From: Scyliorhinus canicula
Lineage: Eukaryota
Direction: 5' to 3'
Length of the DNA stretch: 64,000 nt
NCBI RefSeq assembly: GCF_902713615.1
Contig: NC_052153.1
Span: 139,293,879 to 139,357,878, forward strand
Shown here: in pieces, positions 26,420-38,879 of the stretch
Position numbering within the stretch: position 1 is the stretch's first letter
Layout: each line of letters opens with the position of its first letter
Made by a program: the position numbers and the translations under genes
Notes under the pieces: model-generated
Told to the model about the DNA's origin: nothing
Databases searched by the model: none
Seen by the model: the letters and a program-made list of their open reading frames with translations, nothing else

Positions 26420-26950
26420 TTTTTAGAAATTCATTAATGGGGTGTGGACATCACTGACAATGCCAGCATTTATTGTCCATCCTAAATGCCATAGAACCGC
26501 AGAATCTCTACAGTGCAGAAGGAGGCCATTCCGCCTATCGTGTCTGTACCGACCCTCTGAAAAAGCACCCTACCTAGGCTCACCCCACATCCTGTCCCTG
26601 TAACCCTGCAACCCCAGATAACCTGCACATCATTGGACCCTAAGGGGAAATTTAGCATGACCAATCCACCTAACCTGCACATCATTGGACTATTGGAGGA
26701 AATAGGAGCTCCCGGTGGAAACATGCAGACATGGGGAGAACAGGCAAACTCCATAAGAGTCACCCAAGTCTGGAATTGAATCTGGATCCTTGGCACTGTG
26801 AGGCAGCAGTGCAACTACTTGCTGCCAGGTCCTTGAGAATTTGCTGGTGAGTCACCTTTTTGAACTGCGGCAGTCCATATGGTGAACCACATTGTCGTTA
26901 GTGAGGAAGTTCCAGGGTTTTGGCCTGGAATGATAAAGGAACAAGATATG
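26420..26950 (-). mobile_element. LINE (CR1/L2 group) 3' end split by a SINE
   Basis: Minus tail GGACAATAAATGCTGGC..CCACACCCCATTAATGAAT; continues 26831-26950. Confidence 0.65.
26490..26829 (-). mobile_element. HE1-type V-SINE
   Basis: Full-length, diverged. Confidence 0.88.
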
Positions 26951-27594
26951 CTTCTAATTCACTTCCTGATCTCAGAAATACTGCGACAGAGTGGTGGCCA
27001 AGTACCTTCACTGAGCAGGGAAATAAAATTTATCCAGTCAATCCAGGCTTCTCGAGTTATCACTCACAAGCTGTTTCTATGAAGATTTGGCTGTATTCTA
27101 GAAGGAGGTAGTCCAGAATCTTCTCAGCCATTGATAGATATGGTAAGAAAGAATTGAGCAGGGGTAAAAAGTCTCATGCACAATTAAACATTTAAACAGG
27201 AGTAAAAGTGAATGCTGAAGTACACAGCTGATTCTTTAGCATCTGTGAAGAGAAATATTAGGTCATGTATGAAGATACATGCTTTGTCAGGACCGAAAAC
27301 TGGGGTATAAAGGAACTCCTTTACAGGGCTGAAGATCTTGCTTATCTCCCAGTTTCCCATTTTAACAAACCTCTATATCTTAGACATTCACCTGCATTTT
27401 GTATTTCCAAATACTCAGGGAACCTATTTCCAGCAATTTTTACTTCCATATCAGAGTTCTCAGATTTGTACTTTTTTTTTCTGGTGCCAATTTTCTGATT
27501 GTTGCTGGGAAGCCTTAACTGCCAGCTCAGTATATTGGTAAATCACTACACAAATAATAATCTTTAATGTCACAAGTAGGCTTACATTACAGTA

Positions 27595-30500
27595 GTGAGA
27601 AAGGATATTGGCTCTGAAAATGTGGAATCTGTACTGGTAGAATTGAAAAATACCAAGGGACAAAAAACTTTAGTGGGTGTCATATATAGACCCCCAAACT
27701 ACAGTGGTGAGGTTGGGAATGACATTAAACAAGAAATTAGAGATGCATGTAACAAGGGAATATTGGTAATCATGGGTGATTTTAATCTTCACATAGATTG
27801 GGCATAGCCACCACGCTGTAGAGGAGGAATTCCTGGAGTGTATACGGGATGGTTTTCTTGACCGATATGTGGAGGAACCAACTAGAGAGCAGGTCATCCT
27901 AGACTGGGTACTGTGTAATGAGAAGGGAATCATTGCCAATCTGGCTGTACAAGACCCCTTGGGGATGAGCAACCATAACATGATAGATTTTTTTATCAAG
28001 ATGGAGAGTGAAGTAGTTGATTTGGAGACTAGGGTGCTGAATCTTAATAAAGGGAACTATGAGGATATGAGGCATGAGTTGGCCTTGATAGATTGGGGAG
28101 ATTACTTAAAGGGATGACAGTGGACAGACAATGGCAAACATTCAAGGAATGCATGGAGGAACTACAGCAACAGTTCATTCCTGTCTGGCACCAAAGCAAA
28201 GGGGGTAAGAGGGCCAATCCATGGTTTACAAAGGAAATTAGAAATAGTATCCGATACAAGGAAGAAGCATAGAGATTGGCCAAGAAAAATAATGGGCGCG
28301 ATTCTCCACAAATGCGGAGAGTCGTAAAGGCTGCCGTGAAACCGGCCGTGTTTCACGGCAGCATCCGCGCCCCCTCCCGGGACCCAAATCACCCCCCCGG
28401 TCGGGGCTAGCATCGCGGCCCCGGGAAGAACGGCAGCGCGGGCTTGGCGAACGTTCGCTAAGCCCGGCCACCAAGACTCACGGCGGCTGCGCGCACGATG
28501 ACTTCAGCCGCACATGCGCGGGTTGGATGTCTCCAACCCGCGCATGCGCGGATGACGTCATCGCGCATATGCGTCAAACCCGCGCATGCGCGGACCGTCA
28601 TGCCCCTCAGCCGCCCCGTGGACTGATCCTGCGGGGCAGCGGAGGGACAAAGAGTGCGCGGGCCCATGCCACCCTTGGCACGGCCGTGCCAATCGGTGGC
28701 ATGGTTGTGCAGAACGGCACTTTGCGGCCGTTTTCACGAACTGTGATAGCAGATGTGTTTAAATTCGTGAAAACGGCCGTAAAGGACTGGGAAATCGGCC
28801 CATCGGATAGGGAGGAATCGCTGCTCGCCGTAAAAAAACAGCGAGCAGCGATTCGTGTCGTGGGGCGGCCGTGGGGTGGGGGGGGGATTGGGAGGTCGGG
28901 AAAAATGTCGGGAAGGCCCTCCCGCTATTCTCCGACCCGTCGTGGGGGGCGGAGAATCGCGCCCAATAGGTCTCAGGATTGGGAGCAGTTTAGAATTCAG
29001 CAAAGAAGGATGAAGGGATTGATTGAGAAGGGGAAAGTACAGTACAAAAGGAAGCTTGCAGGGAACATAAAGACATAAAGACTGACGCTAAGAGTTTCTA
29101 CAGATATGCGAAGAGAAAGAGATTGGTAAAGAGAAATGTAGGTCCCCTACAGACAGAAACAGGGGAATGCATAATAAGGGACAAAGAAATGGCTGAGCAA
29201 CAGTATTTTGGTTTTGTCTTCACAAATGAGGACACAAATCAGGTCCCAGAAATGTTGGAGAATGAAAGGTTTAGTGAGAGGGAAGAACTGAGGGAGACAA
29301 CATTAGTAGAGAAATGGTGCTGGGAAAACTGATGGGATTGAAGGCGGATAAATCCCCAGGGCCTGAGAATCTGCATCCCAGAGTGCTTAAGTAGGTGGCT
29401 CTAGAAATAGTGGGTGCACTGATGGTCATCTTCCAGAATTCTACAGACTCTAGAACTGTCCTGCAGATTGGAAGGTAGCTCATGTCATCCCGATATTCAA
29501 AAGGGAGGTTAATTAAAACGCATGGGATTGGGGGAAATGTATTGAGGTGAATAGAAGACTGGTTGGCAGAGTGGAAACAAAGAGTAGGGATTAATGTGTC
29601 CTTTTCAAATTGGCAGGCAGTAACTAATAGGGTACCACAGGGATCGATGCTGGGACCCCAGCTATTCACAATATATATTAATGATTTGGATGAGGGTATA
29701 AAATGTAACATCTCAAAGCTTGCAGTTGATACCAAATTAGGTGGGAGGGTGAATTGTGACGAGGATGCAGGGGTCCTACAGCAAGATCTGAACAGGTTGG
29801 GTGAGTGGGCAAATGAATGGCAGATGCAGTATAATTTGGATAAGTGTGAGGTTATTGACTTTGGAAGCAAAAACAGGAAGGCAAATTACTATCTGAATGG
29901 TTGTAAATTGGGAGAGGGGAGTGTGCAGCGGGACCTGGGTGTCCTTGTGCACCATTTGCTGAAGGTAAGCATGCAGGTGCGACAGGCGGTAAAGAAGGCT
30001 AACGGTATGTTGGCCTTCATTGCAAGAGGTTTCGAGTACAGAAGCGGTGATGTGTTGCTGCAATTGTACAGGGCCTTGGTGAGACCACGCTTGGAGTATT
30101 ATGTGCAGTTTTGGTCTCCTACTCTGAGGAAGGATGTTCTTGTTCTTGAGGGAGTGCAGCAAAGGTTTACCAGACTGATTCCAGGGATGGCGGGACTGTC
30201 ATATGAGGAGAGATTGACTAGGTTGGGATTGTTCTCGCTGGAGTTCAGAAGAATATGGGGGGATCTCATAGAGACTTATATAATTCTAACAGGACTAGAC
30301 AGGGTGGATGCAGATGTTACCAATGGTGGCTCTGTCCAGAACCAGGGGTCACAGTCTGAGGATCCAGGGTAAACCATTTCGGACAGAGATAAGGAGACAT
30401 TTCTTCACGCAAAGAGTGGTGAGTCTATGGAATTCATTACCACAGAAAGTAGTTGATGCTAAAACTTTGAATATATTCACGAGGAGTCTGGAAATAGCAC

Positions 30501-30646
30501 TTGGGAGAATGGGATCAAAGGGAGAATAGGAGAAAGCAGGATTAGGCTATTGAGTTGGATGATCAGCCCTGATCGTAATGAACGGCGGAGCATGCTCGAA
30601 GGGCCAAAAGGCCTCCTCCTGCTCCTATCTTCTATGTATCTATGTA
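27595..30646 (+). mobile_element. CR1/HER1 LINE, 5'-truncated, internal RT deletion near 29510
   Basis: VIYRPPN, IMGDFN, PTREQVILDWV, SNHNMI (endonuclease); VPQGSMLGPQLFTIYINDL, LAVDTKL (RT); (TATG/TATC) tail; stops and frameshifts. Confidence 0.95.
28294..28964. mobile_element. GC-rich Harbinger-type MITE, young
   Basis: Perfect 14-bp TIR GGGCGCGATTCTCC, TSD AAT; removal restores CR1 frame KKNNRSQDWEQF. Confidence 0.95.
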
Positions 30647-31654
30647 TTAACACTGCAAATGTATTAACACTGCAAATGTGAGAAGCCCCTAGTTGCCAAA
30701 TTCCGACGCCTGTTCGGGTACACAGAGGGAGAATTCAGAATATCCAAATTACCTAACTGCATGTCTTTCGGGACTTGTGCGAGGAAACTGGAGCACCCGG
30801 TGGAAACCCATGCAGACACGGGGAGAACATGCAGACTCCATACAGACAGTGACCCAAGCGGGGAATCGAACCTGGGACCTGGAGCTGTGAAGCAACAGTG
30901 CTACCCACTGTGCTACCATTGTGGATAGAAACACCTTCCCGTTATGGATAGAAATGCTCATGAAATATGCCTACATCAGTTCTTTCATCTTTATTTTTAA
31001 AATCTGCATGTTAAGTTTTAACATGCAAAACTATTTGAATAAGCAACAATATGTAATCTTCTTGTATTTGGGTCAGAAGACTTTTTTTTGGAACAGAACA
31101 ATGGCTATCACAATGTCCCTATTGGATATCTGATAAAAGAGGATCCTATTGAATCCTCACACTGCAGTTATGCTGTAAAACCTGTAGCTAGAGAGTGCAA
31201 TTCACAGCCAGAAATGTCCTCGTTGTACACACAGCAGTCACCATAAGGTAACTTTATGCATACATGCTTAGATGTGTTCACAGGGTTGTCCTCTCAATAA
31301 AGTTATTAAGTTTTGTGATGCAGATGAAAGCAACCATTTCCTCAAAACACTATACATGAGTTTGCTTCTGTTTATCAAGTGCCCAGAAATTGGGCAGCTT
31401 GGCTGAGAACTTTCATAAATATATACAATGCTGGAATTATACTCTGGTTCTACTCTATACTACATAAAGTCTAACGAGGATGAGCCATCATCCTCCAAAT
31501 CTGAATGGAACCAGCTGACTTCTGACAATGCATAGGTGACAGCATAATTACACCACAAAATCAATCATATCACAACTTTTTTTTAAAACGGGGCCCTAGA
31601 ATTATGAAATGTAATATCAACGCACAAACATTTAAAACATTCGTAAGAGATGTT

Positions 31655-31843
31655 GGCCAAAATTTTGCCATCGTTGTAATTCACTTTACATGCCAGCAGC
31701 GCACCCCCACCATGGGTTTCCCAGCAGCTTGGGGTGGCTTTGATGGGGAATTCCATTGACAAGCGGCAGGAAGATAGAATCCCACCACTAGCGTACAGCG
31801 CGCCGCCGAGAAACACGTGGTTGGGAACTCGAAAATCCCACCC
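31655..31843. mobile_element. Small MITE
   Basis: GGCCAAAATTTT..GAAAATCCCACCC, TSD GTT; similar size and core to 60455-60643. Confidence 0.7.
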
Positions 31844-31989
31844 GTTTGTTCAATTTTAGTATCAGTATTAAAATAAATTATGAAGCACGTCAATTTAAAT
31901 GGGAACAGAGACATTTCAGATGGATATGTTAATCATTGGGATGTTAGTAATACCAGAATGGGAAGAGCAGTGTTTCCATCACCTAAAGA

Positions 31990-32690
31990 TCAGAAAGACA
32001 CAACGTCTTGTCACTCCAAAAGCCTCAAACTCACCTAACCATGGGCTTTTTTCCTCCCTTGCCAACCTTCTGAGGTTAAACCATACTGTTTGCAATTTTG
32101 ATGTCTCATTGAACACTGAAATGAGCTTCGATAAACATGACATCAGTAAGGTCACCTAGTTCCATCCAAGTAATATGAATTGATTTCACTCCAACTCAGC
32201 TCATCTGCTCTTCAAACCCTCATCCATGCCTTTGTTGTCTGTCGACTTCACTATTCCAATACATTGCTGCTGGCCTCCCAACTTCCATCTTCCGTAAATC
32301 TGAGGTCATCTAAAACTCTGCTGCCAATGTCCTCATTTACACCAAAACGTTTTCACCTATCAATCCTGTACCTACTGACTAACACTGGCTTCCTGGTAAA
32401 GCAGTGCAGCGATTTTAAATTCTCATCCTTGTTTTCAAGTCACTCCACGGCCTCACCCCTGCCTATTTTTGTGTACTCCCCTATACAATCCCCTAGAGAT
32501 ATTTGTACTTCCCCAATTCTCGCTTCTTGAGCATCCCCAATTTTAATCACTCCACCATTCTCTTTCCTCCTTTAAGATACTTCTCAAAATCTCCCTTTTT
32601 GATTAAGCTTAATAGAATCTCCTTATGTGACTTGACATCAAATTTTACTTTATCATACCCTTCAGGAGCCTTGATATATTTTACTACCTG
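31990..32690 (+). mobile_element. L2 LINE 3' fragment
   Basis: LSSSALQTLIHAFVVCRLHYSNTLL. Confidence 0.8.
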
Positions 32691-32734
32691 AAAGCTATGT
32701 GGCAAGTGAGCATCAGGCTGAAGATAACAAGTTT

Positions 32735-33063
32735 CATGGCTTTCATAGCATTTAAAGTGCAGAAGGAGGCCATTCAGCCCATCGAGTCTGCATCGGCTCT
32801 TTGAAAGAGCACCCTACCCAAGCCCACACCTCCACCCTATTCCCATAACCCAGTAACCCCACCCAACACTAAGGGCAATTGGCCACTAACCAAATTTGCA
32901 CATCTTTGGACTGTGGGAGGAAACCGGAGCACCTGGAGGAAACCCACGCACACATGGGGAGAATGTGCAGACTCCGCACAGACAGTGACCCAAGTCGGGA
33001 ATCGAACCTGGGACCCTGGAGCTGTGAAGCAATTGCGCTAACCACTATGCTACCATGCTGCCC
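32735..33063 (-). mobile_element. HE1-type V-SINE
   Basis: Head, V core, CR1-like tail. Confidence 0.9.
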
Positions 33064-33674
33064 AAAGTTAAAAGAAAAAGTGAGAAAAAAACAACAGGAG
33101 CAAAAGGAGAGAGTATGAGAAATGACTGTAATAAAAGGATGGCAAATAGAGGAGTGGGGCAGAATAATGAAGGCACTTTGCATGGCTAAAGTATTAAATG
33201 AATGCTCTGCAACTGTCTTTACCTAAGAAGAAAACATTGCCAAATCCCAATGAAAGAGGAGTTAGTTGAGATACCCAATAGACTAAAAATAGGTAAAGAG
33301 GAGGTGTTAGAAATGTGGGTTGAACTTCAAGTTTAAGTCACTAGGACAGAGGAGATGCATCGAGGTTAATGAAGGACGTAAAGGTTGAAGTTGCAGTGTC
33401 ACTGACCATATTCTTCCAATCCTTTTTAGGTACAGGGTGCTGCGAGAGGACTGGAGAATTGCAAATGTTTACCCTTGTTCAAAAATGGTGTAAGGATAAA
33501 CCTAGCATCTACAGGCCAGTCAGTTTAACTTGGTGGTGGGAAACCTTTTGGATATGATAATCCAGGACAAAATCACCGATCACTTGGACAAATGTAGATT
33601 ACTAACATTTAGCCAGCATTCATTTGTTAAGGAAAAATTGTAACTTGACTGAGTTTTTCGTGTTGAGGCAACAT

Positions 33675-33917
33675 CTGTGTGGAGTCTGCACGTCCTCCCT
33701 GTGTGTGCGTGGGTTTCCTCCGGGTGCTCCGGTTTCCTCCCACAGTCCAAAGATGTGCGGGTTAGGTGGATTGGCCATGCTAAATTGCCCGTAGTGTAAG
33801 GTTAATGGGGGGGTTGTTGGGATACGGGTTACGTGGGTTTAAGTAGGGTGATCATTGCTCGGCACAACATCGAGGGCTGAAGGGCCTGTTCTGTGCTGTA
33901 CTGTTCTATGTTCTATG
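33675..33917 (+). mobile_element. 5'-truncated V-SINE
   Basis: V core, (TTCTATG) tail; same subfamily as 1-236. Confidence 0.88.
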
Positions 33918-34068
33918 AAGAGTTGAGAAAAGTAATGTTACTGATGTGGTGTACTAGGACTCCCAAAAGATATTTGATAAAGTGCACAGAACAGGTTTTA
34001 CATCAAAGTTAAAGTGCATGGACAAAACGTGGCAGCATGGATACAAAATTGACTGAATGACAAGAAAC

Positions 34069-34107
34069 ATTAATTAATTAATTAATTAATTATTAATTAT
34101 TAATTAA
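34069..34107. repeat. (TTAA)n microsatellite
   Basis: Seen directly. Confidence 0.9.
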
Positions 34108-34287
34108 GGGGCTGGTTTAGCTCACTGGGCTAAATCACTGGCTTTTAAAGCAGACCAAGCAGGCCAGCAGCACGGTTCGATTCCCGTACCAGCCTCCCCG
34201 GACAGGCGCCGGAATGTGGCGACTAGTGGTTTTTCACAGTAACTTCATTGAAGCCTACTCATGACAATACGCGATTTTCATTTTCAT
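34108..34287 (+). mobile_element. Short SINE (head B + tail 2)
   Basis: Near-identical to 17963-18142. Confidence 0.9.
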
Positions 34288-34575
34288 CTTTATTGTCACA
34301 AGTAGAGTTACATTAACACTGCAATGAAGTTACTGTGAAAAAACCCTAGTCGCCACATTCCGGCGCCTGTTCGAGTACACAGAGGGAGAATTCAGAATGT
34401 CCAATTCACCTAACAAGCAAGTCTTTCAGGTCTTGTGGGAGGAAACCGGAGCACCCGGAGGAAACCCATGCAGACACAGGGAGAATATGCAGATTCCGCA
34501 CAGAGAGTGACCCAAGCGGGAATCGAACCCGGGACCTTGGTGCTGTGAAGCAACAGTGCTAACCACTGTGTTAAC
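34288..34575 (-). mobile_element. V-SINE head + tail 2
   Basis: Matches 23248-23532 reversed. Confidence 0.9.
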
Positions 34576-36244
34576 ATGTCGTCCTTTACAGAGAGTAAAG
34601 GTGAACAGTTGCTTTTTGAACTGAAGGACAATATATTGTGGGGATCCCCAGGGACTATTTATTAGCTTTTCTTGACCTATTTTAAAAACATAGGCTTGGG
34701 CATGCGAAGCACAATTTCAAAATTTGTGAATGACACAAAACCTGGGATTGTCGTTAATTGTGAGAAAGAAGAAAATACTTATAAGAGGACTTGGACATGC
34801 TGGTGGAATGGGCAGACACGTAGCAGATGACATTCAATGCAGAGAAGTGTGAAGTGATATACTTTGATGGGAAAAATGAGGAGCGGCAATATGAAATAAA
34901 GGATATAACTTTTAAATGGGTGCAGAAGCAAAGAAAATTGGAGATATAAATGCACAAATTGTTGAAGATGGTAGGACATGTTGAGAAATATTTTATTATT
35001 CCTTATGAGATCTGGGGCTATATAAATAGAATCATAGAGTATAAAAGCAATATGCTATGGTGAACCTTTCACAAACATGCAATGGTTCGGCTCAACTGGA
35101 GTATTGCATTCAGTTCTGGGTATGCCACACTTTAGGATGGATATGAAGGCTTTAGAGAGGATGCTGAAAAGATTTACAGGAATGATTCTAGAGATGAGGG
35201 GCTTCAGTTAGAAGGTTAGATCAGAGAAGTTGGTGCTGTTTCCCTGGGAGAATTGAAGGTTGAGAAGAGATTTAATAGAAATATTCAAAATCATGAGTGA
35301 TCTGGACAGGTTAGATATAGAGAAATTGTTCCCATTGTCAGATGGGTCGAGAACCAGAGGGCACCATTTAAGGTGAATGGCAAAAGTCCCAAAGAGGACA
35401 TGAAGCAAAAACCTCTCTATGCAGTGAGTGATTAAGATTTGGAACACACAGCCTCAGAGTGTGGCAGTGGCAGATTGAACCATGGCTCTAAACAGGGAAT
35501 TGGATAATTATCTGAAGAGAAATAAAAGCAGGAATATTGGGGGAAAAGCAGGAGTGTGGTTCTAGTTGAACTGCTCTTTTGGAGAACCAGAATCGGCATG
35601 ACTGACCGTGCTGATGGAGATTCTCTGATAATTGTAAGTTGTAGTTCATATTATTACAGTGTCATTGAGTTTCCTCATGTTAATGAACCAGCTACCCATT
35701 GGACATCCTGCCTAGCTTTCCTCAACAAGTAATCAGAAACCAAAACTGGGCAGTGTACTATAAAAGGCAGCCGATCCAGTACTGACTTTTTACTTCCCCT
35801 GTCATAGGTGAACATTACCCCAGTATGTATCAACAAATCTTTCAGAAACGACAGTTCTCGTTAAATGAGTGGACTAGTTTGACAAAGTATTCATTTTTGG
35901 TGATCACCCTAAACCTTTCCTATACCTGTTAGGTTAATAAAATGAGTCAAGTTTTCAAAATATTTCAAAAGCTATGACTGTTCTTTGCTTCCGGCTAGCT
36001 ATACAAAAGTGACAAATGTGTGGCTAATCCCACTGTCAGCCTGACTGGATGGAGACAAGTGTTGTTCTAGAAGTGGAAGTATGCAATTTTTGTGATGGAG
36101 AAGATTTGGATTGGAAGTCCAACTCAGGGTGGAATGGAACAGGGCGTTTGTAAGAGGACGGGACCAGCCTGACGCAGTGTCCAGGAGGGGATGCAATTGT
36201 TGCCATTTGTATCTTGTACCACAGATGGAGGATAATGGTTTATG

Positions 36245-36537
36245 TTAAGACCATCAGACATAGGAGCAGAGGTGGGCTATTTGGCCCATCAAGTCTGCTC
36301 TGCCATTCAATGAGATCATGACTGATCTGAAATAAAAATCCTCAAATCCACTTTCCACCTTAATCCATAACTCATGATTCCCTTACTGATTAAAAATCTG
36401 TCTTATCTCAGCCTCGAATATACTTAACAACCCAGCCTTCACAGCCTTCTGCGATAAAGAATTCCACAGATTCACTACCCTCTGAGGGAAGAAATTCCTT
36501 CTCATCCCTGTCTTTAATGGACGAACCATTACTCAGA
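36245..36537 (-). mobile_element. CR1 3' end
   Basis: Reverse of RRNFFPQRVVNLWNSL and CR1 3' UTR. Confidence 0.85.
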
Positions 36538-37052
36538 ACTCCAACAAGCTGAGCTCCTCAGTGCAAGAAGAGATTGCGACAACATTTTCAAATGGCACCC
36601 AGATTGTTCAACCGCGCGATGTGACCCCCTGAAGCCCCCGTCGCCTCATCTCACCTATAAGGGGGTCCTCGGACCCCTCACACCTCACTTCACACTGGCT
36701 GGGCATCCCCAGGCCGATCCCCAGTATGGGCTAAATGCCAACCTCAAGTGTCATTGAATGGGGACCAGCACTAAACGGTGCATGGCTGGGATCTCCTCGG
36801 CGAGGCCGGTAGATGCAGGGTGGCCGTTCAATCCGGCGTCAGCGCGGCTAAGTGGGTTTCTAAACTCACTTAGCTGTGTGAGACTGGGTCCCGTTCATTG
36901 TAGGTGGGACCCAGATCACAACATCTGGTCAGATCTGGTTAGGTCTCACAAGACATAATGCCCATCGGTTCTCCCAGGTGAGGCCTCTCCCCGGGATTTA
37001 CTGGCCGCATCATGCTCCAATCCTGGCGGCACGTGGCCAGTTAATCAAGCCC
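36538..37052. mobile_element. Harbinger-like non-autonomous relic
   Basis: Collinear with 56290-56920; ends TTAATCAAGCCC. Confidence 0.65.
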
Positions 37053-37419
37053 TATGACTCCAGGCAAAGAACAAGGGGCAGATAGGAAACCTGGAGAGCA
37101 GGTTTGCCACAGGTCCCACCAAATTGCTGCACGATTACCAGTTTGATTGACAGATTATGTATCTGACCTAGCAATCCTTATCGAAGCTGTCCTTGGGGTA
37201 TAAAATTCCTTCCCATGCCTGCAGATGATAGAAGGACCAACACATAATAATGAAGAGGAAGGGATGAAAGATAATAATTGGGAAACTCCACAGTGTTGAG
37301 GTAGATATAGGAAACGAACCCACTGGTGCAAATTCTCTGGGTACGAATAGATATGCAAGAATGTGCCCAAGTCTGGGAAATCATATGGTCATAGACAATG
37401 CTGGAGAGTTGTACGTAAA

Positions 37420-37690
37420 ATTACATAGAAGTTACAACATGGAAAAAGGACATTTGATCCAACCTGTCCCTGTCACCTTTTACCCTTCTCACAAGCAAAT
37501 ACTCCAGTCACATTTATTCACCATGTTCCTAGATCCTTTTATCTACTTTCCTGTTGACAGTTTGTGACTCAACCACTAATGTGAGAAATGATTTCCACTA
37601 CCTCACAACTCACCTCTGTGTAAAGAGGTTTCTTTTGCACTCTATTCTACATATCTTACATTTAATTTTGTATCTACGACCTCAGGTCAG
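37420..37690 (-). mobile_element. Old CR1 3' fragment
   Basis: CATAGAAGTTACAACATGGAAAAAGG..CTCTGTGTAAAGAGGTTTCT. Confidence 0.6.
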
Positions 37691-38879
37691 TCAAGAAAAC
37701 ATAAGTCAGTTGACGATGGAAGAATATACCTTTTCTCAGAGTTGAAAGTTATTACATATGAAAAACATTTTCGATGGAAATAGACAAGTGAAAGGAGGGG
37801 GTGGTACAATATTCTTTTCATCCTTTCATCATTTAAAATCCTTCTATCATATTGCCCACCACTCTGCATCATTCTAGCTTTAATTTATCAAACCTTTCTT
37901 TTATGTGTTTCCTTCCAGCAGAAAGAAATCTACCATCCTCATAATGGGTAGTGGGAGTTAGGAAAGTTCCTGGCTCTGCCTGCCTGCCTTGGGAGAAAGT
38001 TCCTGCACAGATGGGATTTTCATTGTGGGGGTGGGGGGTGGGGGGTGAGCTGCAGTCTCACCATAAAACCCGCAACAAGGTTTGGAGGCAGACAGGGGGG
38101 CTGCTGGGTGTGGAGTCAGGCTGTGCTGTGTGATTCCATGCCAGTTATGATAAAAGCAGAAAGGCCCTCCGCCTCTCAACCTTCACATTCCCTCACCATC
38201 CACATTTTCCCCATGCCCCATCCATGCCATTTCATGTCCCCCATCCACTATTTCTCGCCCCTCATGTCTCTGTGTCAAGTTATGCATCCCCAATTAACCC
38301 CGAGGCCTCCATGCCAAGCTATGGCACTTCCATGCCATTTCTCCTGTTATTAATTATATAGAAACAATTAATGCTATAGTGACAGTAGGATGTGTAAAAA
38401 GAAAGATTTTTAAAAAGAAAGATTTTTTAAAAAGTCATTGATAACTTTTCCCTTTTCATAAAAAAAAGCTAATTTTCCTATAGTCCAATAAAAATGCCAA
38501 TTGCCCAGACACTTTAAAGTATCAATAGCAGAAACTGTAAGCTTTTGAAACTTCTTTCTCATGTAAATAATCATTGTGAAATTGACAGCTTGGAGAGCCA
38601 GAGTTGTCAATCAAGCAATGTTTTTCATGAGGCTGAGGTGCTCGAATAGTCCCTGCCAAGAATACATCATGAGACTTTGCCAAGAGTCCAAAAATACATT
38701 AGCCTCTTAAGGTCATGAGGTCATATGGGTGGTTTGGGAGGCATACCATGATGTGCATGAGGAGGACCTTTTGAATTTAACTTTCAAAAACTTCCCTCAT
38801 GCAGAACATTAAACCTCTGAGATGTTTTGATCCATAACTCTTTGAAAGGAGTTTCCATGCAAATTAGAATTAGTGCTGG

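Larger units (their letters stand above)
27552..30920 (-). mobile_element. V-SINE head + tail 2, split by CR1 (pieces 27552-27590 and 30645-30920)
   Basis: ..GTCACAAGTAGGCTTACATTA joins TTAACACTGCAA..CCCCTAGTTGCCA. Confidence 0.8.
33064..35620 (+). mobile_element. CR1 LINE, decayed, with nested SINEs
   Basis: KDKPSIYRPVSLT, KFVNDTK, QFW..ALERMLKRFTGMI, 3' UTR. Confidence 0.85.

Noticed and set aside
29563-30372. 269-aa ORF as a functional gene
   Set aside because: It is the RT C-terminus of a truncated CR1 with a mutated catalytic motif (AVDT), an upstream deletion and stops.
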